Shown here one piece after another: positions 1 through 12,352 of a stretch of DNA of 64,000 bases. The DNA comes from Monocercomonoides exilis PA203 (lineage: Eukaryota; Protista; Preaxostyla), in the NCBI GenBank assembly GCA_001643675.2, contig LSRY02000009.1, positions 1,240,001 to 1,304,000 on the forward strand, given 5' to 3'. Position numbers and translations under genes: made by a program. The notes under the pieces were generated by a model that was given only the letters and a program-made list of their open reading frames with translations, was not told the DNA's origin and did no database searches. Position 1 is the first letter of the stretch. The number at the start of each line of letters is the position of its first letter.

Positions 1-2732
1 CAATTACAATAACAATAACAAAAAAGCTTTTAGGAGCTTTCTCAAGAAACCTCCAGCTCAGCTTGAGTTTTGCTATTTTATTTGTTAACCACATGTTACC
101 TAATTGAAGCGTGTATCCTGAATTGATTATAAACGATAAGTAGTAATGTGTTTGTTCAAATAGCTGCATGTGTGGAATGGGTTTATTCAACAAAAGTCTC
201 AGGTCAGAAATGTCACCGGATAAATTCTGTGTGGAGAAAATGTTCTAAAACCCATTCCAGAAAGTGTCACCGGATAGTGTGACCAACTTCTTGAATGGAG
301 AAAATGTTCTAAATCCTATTCTAGAAGTCGGTCACTGTCACCAGAACTGTCACCGGATGAGATTTAATCGGCGAGATATTATCTGGTTGACAGATGAGTT
401 GAACAAAAAAATATGAAGAAAATGATTTGTTCTTTTGTTCTAATTATTAAAAAATTATTATTATTTAGCGAAATTCGTCTTTCATGGTTGGTTTTATTTA
501 TGAAAAATTTAAAAAATAACGGGTGTGATCATTGTTAAAATATGTTCTTTCACATATCTCCTCATATAGCAAGCTAATTTAAATGAACTTAGCGAAATGC
601 AAATAACATGTTTGCGTCTGTTTTTTCTTCTGTTTTGTGGTTTAATTAATGTTGCACAGGTTGAAATTATCAAAACATGTTTGAATCTTGAAAAAAGATG
701 AAAATTTTGGAAAATAAATTGACATATGTTTATATAATGGCTTGAAATGTTCTCATCAGAATAAGAATTTCGATTTAAAACTGGTATCATTTTGTTTCTT
801 GAATAAATAATCGATCACATCAATAATTTTAGATTAATATTTTTTAACAGAAATACGAATTGTCTGAGCGTATGTGCCTTATTGAATTCACTAGTCATTG
901 CAAATGACATAGTGAAATATTTTAATTGGAGCAGAAAAAAACTATATTATGAACAAAGTGATTGAAGAAGAGAATTTAATAAAATAAGCCAAAAAGAACG
1001 AAGGAAAGATTGAAAAATTGGTTAAAAAATTTTCCAAATCAAATCATTTGTTTTTTAATGAGTTTTCAGAAAGCCGATATCAATTGGTATGCTTTGTCTG
1101 CTATTAGTTGCGTTGATGAAAGAGGAAAATGAGGAAGCTCAAAAAGAAGTGGAGCAAACACTTTCAGCGCTGAATTGCATTAACGAACAATATGTTTTAA
1201 CGTTTTTGTTTTGTTATTGACGTTTTAAAATTTCTTTCTTTTTTTATGAGGAAATAGTGCATGAACTGTTTATGAACGAGATCAAAGAAACCATTCAGTG
1301 TCAGCAAGAACATCGCAATCTGACTCGATTTTCCAATCAACCTTCTTCATTTCATGATAAAAAGTTTTTTTTTTGGATATAAGCATGGAAGAAGTTCTTT
1401 CAAATGTACTTCATTTTTTTTTTGAAACACTTGAAAATTTGTGATGATGAAAAAAACTTTATGTTTTTTTTTCAGTTCATATCTTGTTTCTAAACAAAAC
1501 AAAACAAAGTTTTATGAAATCTCATGTATTAAAATTCAATGATATATTAACTTGAATGGAAGATAATTTTCGAAAACTCGATTTGGCATTCCACAAAAAA
1601 ATCAAATATTTTTTGTTTCGTTCTTCATTCATCTCATCCACAGCCATATTCAAAAAAATAAATGTTAATTGATGATCTTTTAAGGAATAAATATTTTATG
1701 TATTTTAAAACTTAGAAACATAATATTTGTTTCAATGAAAGAGGCTTATGAACCAATAGCAGCTGATCTTCAACAACTCTTTCACATTTTATTGAATTGT
1801 ACAAACATTTCTATTTTTCACGTTTCTTTTTATCCAATTAATTTGAAAATCTGCTAATTCATTAGATTGCGTGTTTCTAATTCGCAAAAAGCAAAATTTA
1901 TCGTTAAGAATTGTTTTTAACTGATTATAATCAAAATCACAAATATTCAATATTTTAAATCAAAAACTCTCAACTGAAACAAAAATTTCTTCATTATTGT
2001 ATGTGCTAAATATTATGTAATACTTGCGTAATCTCAATCAAATGTAGTTGAAAAATTGGATATGATTCAACCACTGGAAACAATTTGGAAGTTTTTTATT
2101 TATCAAAGATAAAATTTCCAAAAAACTAATAACAAACATCCTTGCTCAGCAAAATTTGAAAATCATATAAAGAGATACAATAAATTGTGAGTTATGCAAA
2201 TGATCATACACATTATTTTTTTAAATTTTTCATAAATAAAACCAACCATGAAAGACGAATTTCGCTAAATAATAATAATTTTTTAATAATTAGAACAAAA
2301 GAACAAATCATTTTCTTCATATTTTTTTGTTCAACTCATCTGTCAACCAGATAATATCTCGCCGATTAAATCTCATCCGGTGACAGTTCTGGTGACAGTG
2401 ACCGACTTCTAGAATAGGATTTAGAACATTTTCTCCATTCAAGAAGTTGGTCACACTATCCGGTGACACTTTCTGGAATGGGTTTTAGAACATTTTCTCC
2501 ACACAGAATTTATCCGGTGACATTTCTGACCTGAGACTTTTGTTGAATAAACCCATTCCACACATGCAGCTATTTGAACAAACACATTACTACTTATCGT
2601 TTATAATCAATTCAGGATACACGCTTCAATTAGGTAACATGTGGTTAACAAATAAAATAGCAAAACTCAAGCTGAGCTGGAGGTTTCTTGAGAAAGCTCC
2701 TAAAAGCTTTTTTGTTATTGTTATTGTAATTG
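1..2732. repeat. Long inverted repeat (arms ~1-535 and ~2197-2732) around a ~1.7 kb spacer; left arm probably continues beyond the window
   Basis: Bases 1-30 are the reverse complement of 2703-2732, and near-identity continues to ~519/2213. The arms contain repeated TGTCACCGGA motifs and a ~64-bp tandem unit. Confidence 0.92.
930..1400 (+). pseudogene. Decayed copy of an expanded lineage-specific protein family (Monocercomonoides-like)
   Basis: Fragments read LLVALMKEENEEAQKEVEQTL and IKETIQCQQEHRNLTR. A paralogous decayed copy lies at ~52850-53920. Stops and frameshifts are present. Confidence 0.55.
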
Positions 2733-2910
2733 TTATTATTGGAACAGATGCACCATTATTTATAACCTCCAGCTTTTAGTGGACATGTAGGTGGCCAGCC
2801 CACAAGGATCTTACACTTTGTTTTTGAGAAACATTATTGGCCCGACCCGGACTCGAACCCGTAACCTCTCATTAACAAGGTACTTGACCATACCACTAGA
2901 CTAACTGTGC
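2702..2910 (-). mobile_element. tRNA-derived SINE-like unit (pseudo-tRNA head 2910-2838, body, AAT/AAC tail)
   Basis: Minus strand reads GCACAGTTAGTCTAGTGG...GGGTTCGAGTCC...CCA. Pol III A and B boxes are at tRNA spacing, but acceptor and T stems pair poorly. An (AAT/AAC)n tail and the first T4 follow at 2705-2702. Confidence 0.55.
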
Positions 2911-4146
2911 AGTAAAACTTTTCTGTATTGAGTGTGTCATTTCAAATTCATCACGAAAATTTCATAAAGAACAATCTAATCGAAATTATATCAATCTTTT
3001 TCAAATTAGGATCAACTTTTTTTGTCGTTTTCAGGAATTATCAAATCTTCCATGTTGATCAAACATTATTTTAACTTTTTGTATATCTTTGTTGAAAGAA
3101 AAAATAGTGTTGCCAAATTTCAAAAGTGTGTTTGTTATGTTTCAATTAATCTGTTTCCACATTGTTTTTCTTTGTTTAATCTGTTCAAGTAGCAGAATTC
3201 GTTTGTATTCATTTTTTGTGTTTTCTACTATGTTAATCAACATTTTTCAATTTATAGCAAGCAAATTTGGTGTCTAAACAGAAATCGAAGTATTTTTCAA
3301 TAATTAAGTGTTTATTATGATTATAAAGTGAAATAATGAAATTCACATCCATTCAAATAGTAAATTTCAAAAATTTCCAATAAAAAGGAACTTTTTACAT
3401 GTCATTTTATAATATTTTGCAATGAAATCATAAATAAAAATAAAAATAATCTTTGACAGCTTGATTTTGTTAAAAATAAAATTGAGTGAATGTGTTTCTC
3501 CTAAAAAAATAATAAAAGCATTAATTATGACTTGATAGCAGCTCCTGTAACACGCTGGGCGTGATTCTTTTTTCTTTCTGGTGAGTTAATGAAGCAGAAG
3601 TGGCAGTTGAGGAAGAAGCAGAAGATGAAGCAGAAGATGAAGCTGAATCGTAAGAAAAAGAAGAAGGAGTAGTGGCAGCAGGAAAAATTGAAGGAAAACA
3701 ATCAGATGATGAAGAATTGAAAGATCTAATGGATTTCCACTGATTTGGTAAATGCCATGATTTGGAAAAATCTTCATGATCATCGCTTTCGATTTCTTTT
3801 TCTTTTTCATTTATTATTTTCTTATTTCTTTCTTCTTTTTCAATGATCTTCAATTTTTCTTATTTCTCAATTTCATTCTTTTCTGAAGAAATTCGAATAT
3901 CTGGTTCTTCGTCGATATCAGAAGATTCTAAAATATTAATAATTGATATTTGTATGACATCAAAAATATTATTTTGCACTCTTATTTTCAATAAAAAATA
4001 GAGAATAAAAGAAATGCAGGCCTTCTTCTTGAACATAAAGTGACGTGCTTCTTGAGGCAGGTGAGTGATCTGGATTGAGTCGATTTTTTAGTCGAATTCT
4101 ATATTGTTCATTTGATCTTTGTTTTGCTTCATGTCTGTGAATGTTT

Positions 4147-5138
4147 TTACCTTTGAAAATCTATGATAATACACAGACTTGCTTCCATGTCGCTTGTTGT
4201 TAGTGGGTTCTGTAAAATATGGAAATTTGTTAGACATGCTGCCACAGCAAAATATCTAACAATTTTGTCAGTATCAAATAGCCAGTTTTTTCAAAAAACA
4301 ACAAAAATCGTTTTCATTCTCCCAAAAAATCTTTCGATAATAACCCTATGTTTCGCCAACTCTGGGGTTCCTACTGGTTTTGAAATGACTGCACCAAATT
4401 CCGACTTTGCTCCTATATATGCAGAATCTGCAATAATTTTTGATCCTCCAAGTTTCGAACAGAATATGGGATAATGGTCCTTGAATATGGTATAGTCATG
4501 GGTTGAACCCGGGTAAATGTCACTAATTTTACTAGCAGTTCCAACTTTTTCAAATTCACTCCAACTTCAACCTTTGTGCAATATATATGGTGTTTTCCAC
4601 TAAAGTATTTTTTTCCACTTGATAATGTTCCTTCTGGTCTGTTTGTGGGGATTATCGTGCAATCCACAGCCAGCGCCACATCTCTTAATTCGTCAACACG
4701 ATCAGGCCTGTATGTTAAAAAAATATCAATAAGCGGAATTTTGATATCTCTGACAATGCTGTGAAGAAGTTGTGTTGTTGCTCCAAGAGTTTCATAGTAG
4801 GATGATGCAAGTTAATGATTAAGAGTTGTGGAACCCAGACGAAGAAAATTGAGTAGAAGAAATAGTTGATCATCAAAATTGTTAATTGATTTTTCTCTTC
4901 CTCTGTTCTGAATTGTTTCGTGTTGAATAATTCAAAGAAGAAGATCAAATTCGTTTCTGGTGAAACCAGTGAGACGAAAGAACCCTCGCAAAGGGTCTTC
5001 AATACGTTTTAATGCAAATTGGATTACTGTTTCTTTTTTGATTTCTTTCTTAATTTCAACGTGTTGCAAAAGTGCGATTCTTTTTTCTGCATGTTCCAAA
5101 ATATCCAATATTTTGTTCTGTGACATTGCAAAAAACAC
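4147..5138 (-). pseudogene. Frameshifted DDE_Tnp_4 (IS5-like PIF/Harbinger/ISL2EU) transposase
   Basis: Motifs across frames: AVDCTIIPTNRP...KYFSGKHHIYCTKVEV, GSTHDYTIF, IIADSAYIG, RVIIERFFGRMK. Confidence 0.85.
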
Positions 5139-8100
5139 TTTTTAACTGAAAATTGATGACAATTCCATAATTCAAAAATCTGTTTGAGGATCAATTTCCC
5201 AACATTTTATCAATTGAAATTCACTGAATCAATTTGAAATTGATTATGACTTATTGAAATTAGATTATCATAAACGCAATTTTGTTTGTCCATAAATAAA
5301 ATTGATAGAGATAATTTGAAAAAGGTCTAGTCTTAAATGACAATATTTGAAATATGGGTGATTTTTTTTGATATCATAAAAAATTCCGACGTTTGATCAA
5401 AAAATTTTTTCGTTAAGGGAGGGGTAAAATAGAAAATATTTTTGTAAAATTATACGAAAATATAGTTCAATATATTATTATGATAATTTATTTGTTGATT
5501 TTAATTTGTTTCAAATTGTTTTTATTTCATATTTTGAGAAATTGATATAATTTCTTCAAATATTTTCGAAAATTTGAAAAACATTATAAAACATAAGTTA
5601 TCTTGCTTTAAAAGCATGATAATGATTGTTTCAAAACTCAATAAATTAATTTTTTTTAAAAAAAGAATTGTTAAATGATGTTATTGAAAAGAAATTTCAA
5701 AATTGATGTTGAAGATCCAAATAAATATGTTGAAAACAAACAATTAGCATAAACACAAAAACAAAAATATGATAGTTATACAAAACATTTATCGGATAAA
5801 CAACAATTTATAATGAATTATAATTAAGAAACAATTAATTCTTTGGAGAAGTTATCTAAATAAATTGATCAAAGTTAAAAAAATAACTAAGAAAATATTT
5901 AAAAAATGAGAAGAAATACGAAAATTTCTGTTTTTTCCACTTAAAAATGTTTTTCTTAAAAGCAATTCTCTTTTATTCTCCTTCATCCTCCTCTCAGGCA
6001 TAGCCTTGCTTGAAAGCTGAGTCCTTCTTTAAGAGGGCTGTTCATTTTTCATGCAGACTCTACAAACATTCCTTTCGTCTGAGATGATTGATAATAAAGA
6101 AGTGGGTATGCTCATTTATTCAACTCCATCTGTGTTGTCTCATTGCCTGGCATGCGTCTCCACATCGCAACTGAATCCACTTTTGCAGATCTTGTATCCC
6201 TACAATTCACTTTCACTTTGTTCGATGATTCTTCACTTATGGCAGTTTTCCCGTCTGCTCTGACCGACTCAACTGCTTTGAGCTAACCTGTACCGGAACC
6301 CAGAACAGAATTTAGACGGGAAACTGCAAACAAGGCCACATTACGCTCTAATGCAAAGGGCAGGCTCTGGTGTGTTCTGAGAGGAAATGTTCAACCGACT
6401 GCACTGCCGGGATGCGTATGAACACCAGCTGTGTGAGCAAAGAGTCGGCCGAGCGAAGAGCCGCGATTGTGTGTCTCCACTGCGAGAAGTCATCATTGCG
6501 CTTGCTCGCATGCATCCTCAAATACTGCTTCGCCCTCAGAAACGCCTATCGAGGAAAGGACCTCTTTCTCCAGTGCTCCTCAATCCCCGAACAGATCAAC
6601 GAGTCCCTCTTTTCCATCGAGTTCACACAACCTTCTCTTGCTGCGAGCACATCCATCCAAAGCTCTGATTCCTCTCACACCGATCCCGATCACGACTTTA
6701 ACATTTTGCCCTTCATTTCTTTTCTTCCGCACCCACAGGATATTCCTCTGCAAAGACGCAGGCTCCTCTGCCAAGCTATGCTACTCCCCGCTTGGCCTCT
6801 ATTTCTCCTTCTCCGCAACCTTAATTTATATCTTCCTCCAGAATTGCCTTTCCAACATTCGAATTTGGTCTTACTCAAACAATCGTGTTTTTGTTCACTT
6901 TGCATTTTCCCGCTCGTTGATATTGCATTTTGCAACAGCTGCATCCTCATCTCATTCCACTCCTCTTTCCACTCCTCCTTTGCTTCAATCAACTTCTAAG
7001 TCTTTTGCCTTTTCGATGAATTCCTCCGTTCATCTTCCTAATTCTTTTCTCTCTCAGAATAGCACATCCACTTCTTTTAGTACGATCTTTTCTCTCTTAT
7101 TTCATTTTCTCCTCCTTCAGTCCTTCACAGCCTTGTACGTGATTGAAATTGGATTTGGCAACTCTGTTGAAAATCTCTCGCAACAGATCTCTCCATAAAA
7201 GCAGACAGCCCCTTTCTTCTTATTCTATGTCAAATTTGTCATGAAGCTCCTTTTGAATGATGAATTCCTTCTTCACTCACATCTTACTCTCCAAGATCAG
7301 CAGTTGTGCACATGCCAAATACAGTGAGTTCGCCAACAACAGCCATGCCGTTTGGAATTACCACTTCTCCCACGGCAACTTCGTCTGCTCCGATGCCGGT
7401 GGACTCAACATCGCTTTCATGAATCCGCTTGTAACATATACACCGTTGTTCAACGCCATTCACTGTCACTCAAAAAGCATTCCCCCTGGTTCATATGTTC
7501 CTGCTTCCAAGCATTTTCAAATTGCAAAATATCTTCTTCCCAAGAACCGAACTTAACAAACGCTGCAAGAATGAAAATATTAGTGCAAAAAGAGAAAAAG
7601 AAGAGTTAGAAATGTTCTTTACTTCGAGCGACTTCAGTAAGAGCAAATAAGAGTCTGTTGCAGAAAATGAAGGAGTTGGTGACTTCACCGGAGTTCCAAC
7701 AAGAACAGAAGGGGCTGACAATTGTGTGTGTGTGGGAACAATTAAAGAAGGAGTAGCAAATGTTGAGGAGGCTGTGATGATTTCAATGAACAACTTAACA
7801 GAAGACAGTGTGTTGTCGAAAGAGTAAAATGTCTGCTGCTGTTCATCTTCAATATCACCTCGTCCTTTAATTCCCATGTCCCTCCTCTTTTCTGTTGATG
7901 CCTGTGGAAGTCTTGTGTCGAAAGTGCCAACTTGCATTGTGCAAAATTCGTCTTTCTCCTTCGTCTTTTTCTTCGCTTCTGTTCTTCCCGTGATTCCCTT
8001 TCCTCGTCTCCACTCTTAACTTGATTCTGAAATCCACCTTCTTTGCCTCTTCCATTTGAACTTGAACTTTTCTCTGTTCACTCCTTGGTGGTATCATAAA

Positions 8101-9987
8101 GCGAGCGGATGAATGCGATGTTCCTTACCACTCCTTTTCCATCCTGCTGCTATTCCTCATGCGATGCCCATTAACTTCGTTCAACACAGCCGGAGCGCGG
8201 AAGCCGTATGAAGTGCTGAAGCAGAGCGGAATACGCCTCTGGGGAAGAGGAAAACAGTTCTAATCCACATTCAGCGAAGCTACAGAATGCATTGACTGCG
8301 ATGGTGATGATGATGAGAATAAAGAAAAAGGAGGAGGATGGGAAGAAGAAGATGATGATGAATGGAACACAATAAGCAGAAAACAACGATTTCAAAGCGG
8401 GAAGAGGACGAGGAATAAGAGAAAGAAGGAGCGGAGGGTTACCGAAATCCTGAAGCAAATTCCAAAGAAGACACAGAATCAGAAGAAGTTAACAATTTCT
8501 TCTCAGGTGGCAGAGGTTTAGATGAGATCTTCATTTCTCTTAAGGTATCCTTTGCATCGTCTGCATCCTACGGAGCAGAGCAGCAGAGGCCAAAGTGATA
8601 ACACAATTCAGCCAGCGCTGTGCGATGGTGCATGTCCAGAGGAGAAGTGGCAACTGTTGAAATGTTCAAAGCGCGCCAGATACAGGGAGGTGGAGTTGAT
8701 GGCTTATCGTCAGTGGGGTTGGGGGAGAAGAAGAAAAAGAAGAAAAAGAAGAAGAGGAAGGACGAAGAATGAAGATGAGAAGGGGAAAAGAAGGAGAAGA
8801 AGAGAAAGATTGTGAAAAGCAAGAAGAGGAGGAATAAGAAGAAGATGATGATGAGGAACTCTCATATTGTCGCACAGAAAAAGAGAAGGTCGAACCAAAT
8901 TCTTTCCCATCAAAAACATAAACAATAAAAAATCAGCGCTTCTTGTACTGCACATCACGCAACTTCCATTCTCTCCCACGCCTTTGACGTCCCTCATCTA
9001 ATTTTAATTACCATTTCCAACTTCCTCTTCCTTCTCTTCTTTTTCTTCCGTGACTGCGTTCACAGTTCTGGATAAATGTTCATCCAACAGCTTCACAAAA
9101 CCAGAAGAACAACCTTTTTTCACTTGAGATGTGCTTGGTTTATAAATTCTTGCTGAAAATGCACAAAAAAGCTGTAAAATATGGCTTTTTCTTATTGTTC
9201 AGCGACTGAGTTGTTTCATCCATGTGATTTTTAATCAACGCACTGAGAATCTGCATCAGATCTTTGTGGCTTATTAAAGTGGGTTTGTGCTTTCTTCTTC
9301 TTCTTCTTCCTTTTCTTCTTTTATTTGATAGAACGCAGTGAGCAGGATTTGCTCCGAAATAATGAGTTTGATCTTAAATTATGGGTGGTTTGAGTGAAAA
9401 ACTTCGCCCTCCCAAATGACGTGGAAAAAAGGGCGAGATGAAAAAACAAAACAATAGAATTAAAATTTAATAATAATAAAATAAAATAATGCATTGTCCG
9501 CTTCACTTCACCACCGACTTCGCCTTTTGCCATGGTCTCGAAGACCAGAGGGCAGGGGGCATACCCCTCGGAGCTCCCTCCTGCAGGCTGTGCAGGGATC
9601 CGGTGAGGCGAAAATTAAAAACGGAGCAGAAAGAAAAACCACTCTCGCTTTCGCGAGGCGTGGAAAAGAAAACTGCGTGTATTATGCTCTGCCTCCCACT
9701 CTTCTGCTGCATCAGCAGAGCAACCCCAATCATCACACACTACATATTAAATATTCAATTCTTCTCTGTAAAAACAATAATAGTCTTGTAAAGGAGTAGG
9801 ATCATGCTTGAACTTTTTATTTATTTCCACGTTTCTCAAAAAAGGTTCTAGGTGCGCATTAATATCTTCGGGCGGTTGATCTTTTCCTCTATCCTTTTAT
9901 ATCTCGCCCTTTTTCTCGTCATATTCCTCCAAATATGTTTCTCTCTTACGCACCCAGCCGCTCTGAGTCTCTCCATCCGCGTTAGTT

Positions 9988-10083
9988 TTATTTCGGAGCA
10001 AATCCTGCTCACTGCGTTCTATCAATTCGCAATAGAGCGAATATACGAACGCAAGGAGCAGGTTTGCTCCTCAATAATGAGTT
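9988..10083. repeat. DIRS internal complementary region (ICR)
   Basis: 9988-10025 is the reverse complement of the left terminus (9325-9362). 10025-10083 is the reverse complement of the right terminus (15341-15399). Confidence 0.93.
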
Positions 10084-10330
10084 TTGAAGTCCCTCGTTCT
10101 CCTCTCTCCTCTGATCTTAAACCCTCATGCCTAGCACCTTGTCGTGCGGCGGATGACCAGAGGGACTGCGGATGAAGGTGCGACCTCAATCCCTACTCCC
10201 TCCCCCTCCTGCGCTGTTTTCGGGGGGTTCTCGATCGAGTCTTCTGTACTTGAGCGGGCATAATAATTTGTCCTATGCTTCTCTCTCCGCGTTTCCCCCG
10301 ATCGGTTTCGAGCTTCTTCTGCAAGGCAGT

Positions 10331-12352
10331 TTATCTACCCTCCGTAAGCTCCATAATGTTGCGGGGAATTATGGAGGGTGTCTCATCACCCCTGGTGGGT
10401 TGTGTTATATCGTCCTCATGATGCGAACTCTTCTCTCGAGTCGACCCTCGTCTCTTCGAATTCTTTCTCTTGCTCGTCTCCGCTTCTCCCCCAGATTGTG
10501 ATGTTTCTTCAGGATACTCCTTTGTTTCAGATTCTGTATTCTCATTTGAAATTTCTTCTCCTTTGCTGTCCTTCTCCGACTTTCCTCCCTTCTCTGCCAG
10601 GGGTACTGGGCCACCGATTGTATCCAGGATCCATCTCGTGTTCTGAACTGGTAACACGGTGTAATACTCCTGGGCTACTCTAGAGCCTGGCGCCCATCTC
10701 GCGTACGCATTGATTGCTTTCCAATCTGCATCTTGTTGTCTTGCTAAGTGTGTTATCACAGCGTGTCTTATCGAGTACGCGGTAAATGTGTCGGGTATTC
10801 CGTTCTCTCTCAGGACAGCCACTAATTCTTCTTTGATCCTCTGCAAGTTTGCAGGTTGCCTCCCCCTGAGATCGAACCACACATGTTCGTCTCTAAAGGT
10901 TGTCTTTATATAATCCATCCAGCGTTGGAGCGCTACAACCGCATCGATACGTGGGTTTGGATGCTTATTTATAATAACCTTAACAGTCTCTCCCCCTGAT
11001 GTCTTTGTTTGTACTTGTGTCTGGACTAGATTCTCTTTAAATATCGTTGTATCACTTCTCATCCTCTCCAGCTCTGCTGGCCTTAGAGCTCCAAAGATCA
11101 TAGTCAGGATGAGAGCTCTCCTTTGGAGGGTCTGTGGGTCTTTCATATCGTGAGTGGCTTCTGCCCATTTCGTGATGATTGTCAAGTCCCACATCGATTT
11201 GTATCGTTTGCCTCTTCTTGGTTTCTCCCCCACATAGGTCTTTAGAAATGTCTCTATGTCTTTCACGTCAACCTTAGTCTCTCTGAAGAGGTTAATAGAA
11301 TCCAGCACCTTCCGTACTGTCTGATTTATCACTCCACTTGAGAGGTTTGTATTCGAAAGTGTTTCGATGAACTCTGCCATAATCCATTTAGCATCTTTCG
11401 TTGTGAGGGGGTCAGTGTCATCCATGCTCTCTCTATCTAGAAATTGCTTGAATCTTCGCAGGGCTCTCCACGTATCTCTCTCACTCTTCTGATTTCTAAG
11501 TATTGCTGCTGCTATGTCTTTTGCTCCCACGTGTTCTCCCCATGTTAAGAAGAGGTTTCTCCCCTGAATATTCTCTTCTCCAGTATAACGCTTATTACCT
11601 CTCCTGGGGGTAATTTCCAGCCTTCCCTTCTCATCTTCGTTCCCGGTGTCATGCACTCCTGAAAGGTCCCCAGGGTCTTTGTCAAATGCCCAGGCTGCAG
11701 TAGCGGGGTCCAGGTCTGCCCCCGCCAGGCTGGCAGAATCAGAATCGTCAGATTCCTCTGAGCTTCGTTCATCTTCTCTTTCATCACTCGCCCAATGTTT
11801 CTCAGGAACGGGTGGACTAGCACTATGTCGTCTTCTGGTGTTCCTTCCTCTCTCTTCCTTCTCATGGAGGATAGTCTCCAAGTACTTCCGCAGGGCACCG
11901 GCGCAATCTGTTCTGAAATTGTATCTTGTGTTCTCGGTGCGATTGACTGTAATATCTCTGCGACTTTCTCCCCCTTCAGTGCGTAGTCCGGCTTCTTCGC
12001 CATCCGGCTGAGTGCATCTGCTTCCGTGTTCTGCTCTCCCGGGAGATGTTCCGTCTGTATTGTTAAGTCCAGGCTGTTCAGCTTCTTCTCCAATGCTCTC
12101 AGTGTTGGGATGAGCGATGGCGCTCCCCTTTTCTTCTGGATTGTCCATCTCGTGGACATGTTGTCTGTCTTCAGACGAATATGATCTATCTTCTGCTGTT
12201 GCATCCACGCTCCCTTTCTCTGTAATCTCCTCAACACTGCTCTGGACTCCTTTTCGTTTATCGCTAACGCACTCTCCTGGGGGGTCCAACTTCCGTGGAT
12301 ATATATCTTCTCCTTTCTGTTTTCTGTCGGTATTGTTAATACTGCAACTCAT
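10331..12352 (-). CDS. DIRS tyrosine recombinase
   Basis: GALRPAEL, TKT, YSIRHAVIT and RWAPGSRVAQEYY give an R-K-(H/Y)xxR-W-Y catalytic set. Confidence 0.92.
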   Translation of the reverse strand: MSCSINNTDRKQKGEDIYPRKLDPPGECVSDKRKGVQSSVEEITEKGSVDATAEDRSYSSEDRQHVHEMDNPEEKGSAIAHPNTESIGEEAEQPGLNNTDGTSPGRAEHGSRCTQPDGEEAGLRTEGGESRRDITVNRTENTRYNFRTDCAGALRKYLETILHEKEERGRNTRRRHSASPPVPEKHWASDEREDERSSEESDDSDSASLAGADLDPATAAWAFDKDPGDLSGVHDTGNEDEKGRLEITPRRGNKRYTGEENIQGRNLFLTWGEHVGAKDIAAAILRNQKSERDTWRALRRFKQFLDRESMDDTDPLTTKDAKWIMAEFIETLSNTNLSSGVINQTVRKVLDSINLFRETKVDVKDIETFLKTYVGEKPRRGKRYKSMWDLTIITKWAEATHDMKDPQTLQRRALILTMIFGALRPAELERMRSDTTIFKENLVQTQVQTKTSGGETVKVIINKHPNPRIDAVVALQRWMDYIKTTFRDEHVWFDLRGRQPANLQRIKEELVAVLRENGIPDTFTAYSIRHAVITHLARQQDADWKAINAYARWAPGSRVAQEYYTVLPVQNTRWILDTIGGPVPLAEKGGKSEKDSKGEEISNENTESETKEYPEETSQSGGEAETSKRKNSKRRGSTREKSSHHEDDITQPTRGDETPSIIPRNIMELTEGR

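Noticed and set aside
200-360. CRISPR-like array
   Set aside because: Irregular short motifs without unique equal-length spacers; eukaryotic context and no cas genes.
2838-2910. Functional tRNA-Asn
   Set aside because: Acceptor, anticodon and T stems do not pair properly.
5950-9300. Assignable genes in coding-like segments (also 15400-17700, 40500-42000, 47700-51700)
   Set aside because: Fragmented by stops in all frames with no recognisable domain; left unannotated.
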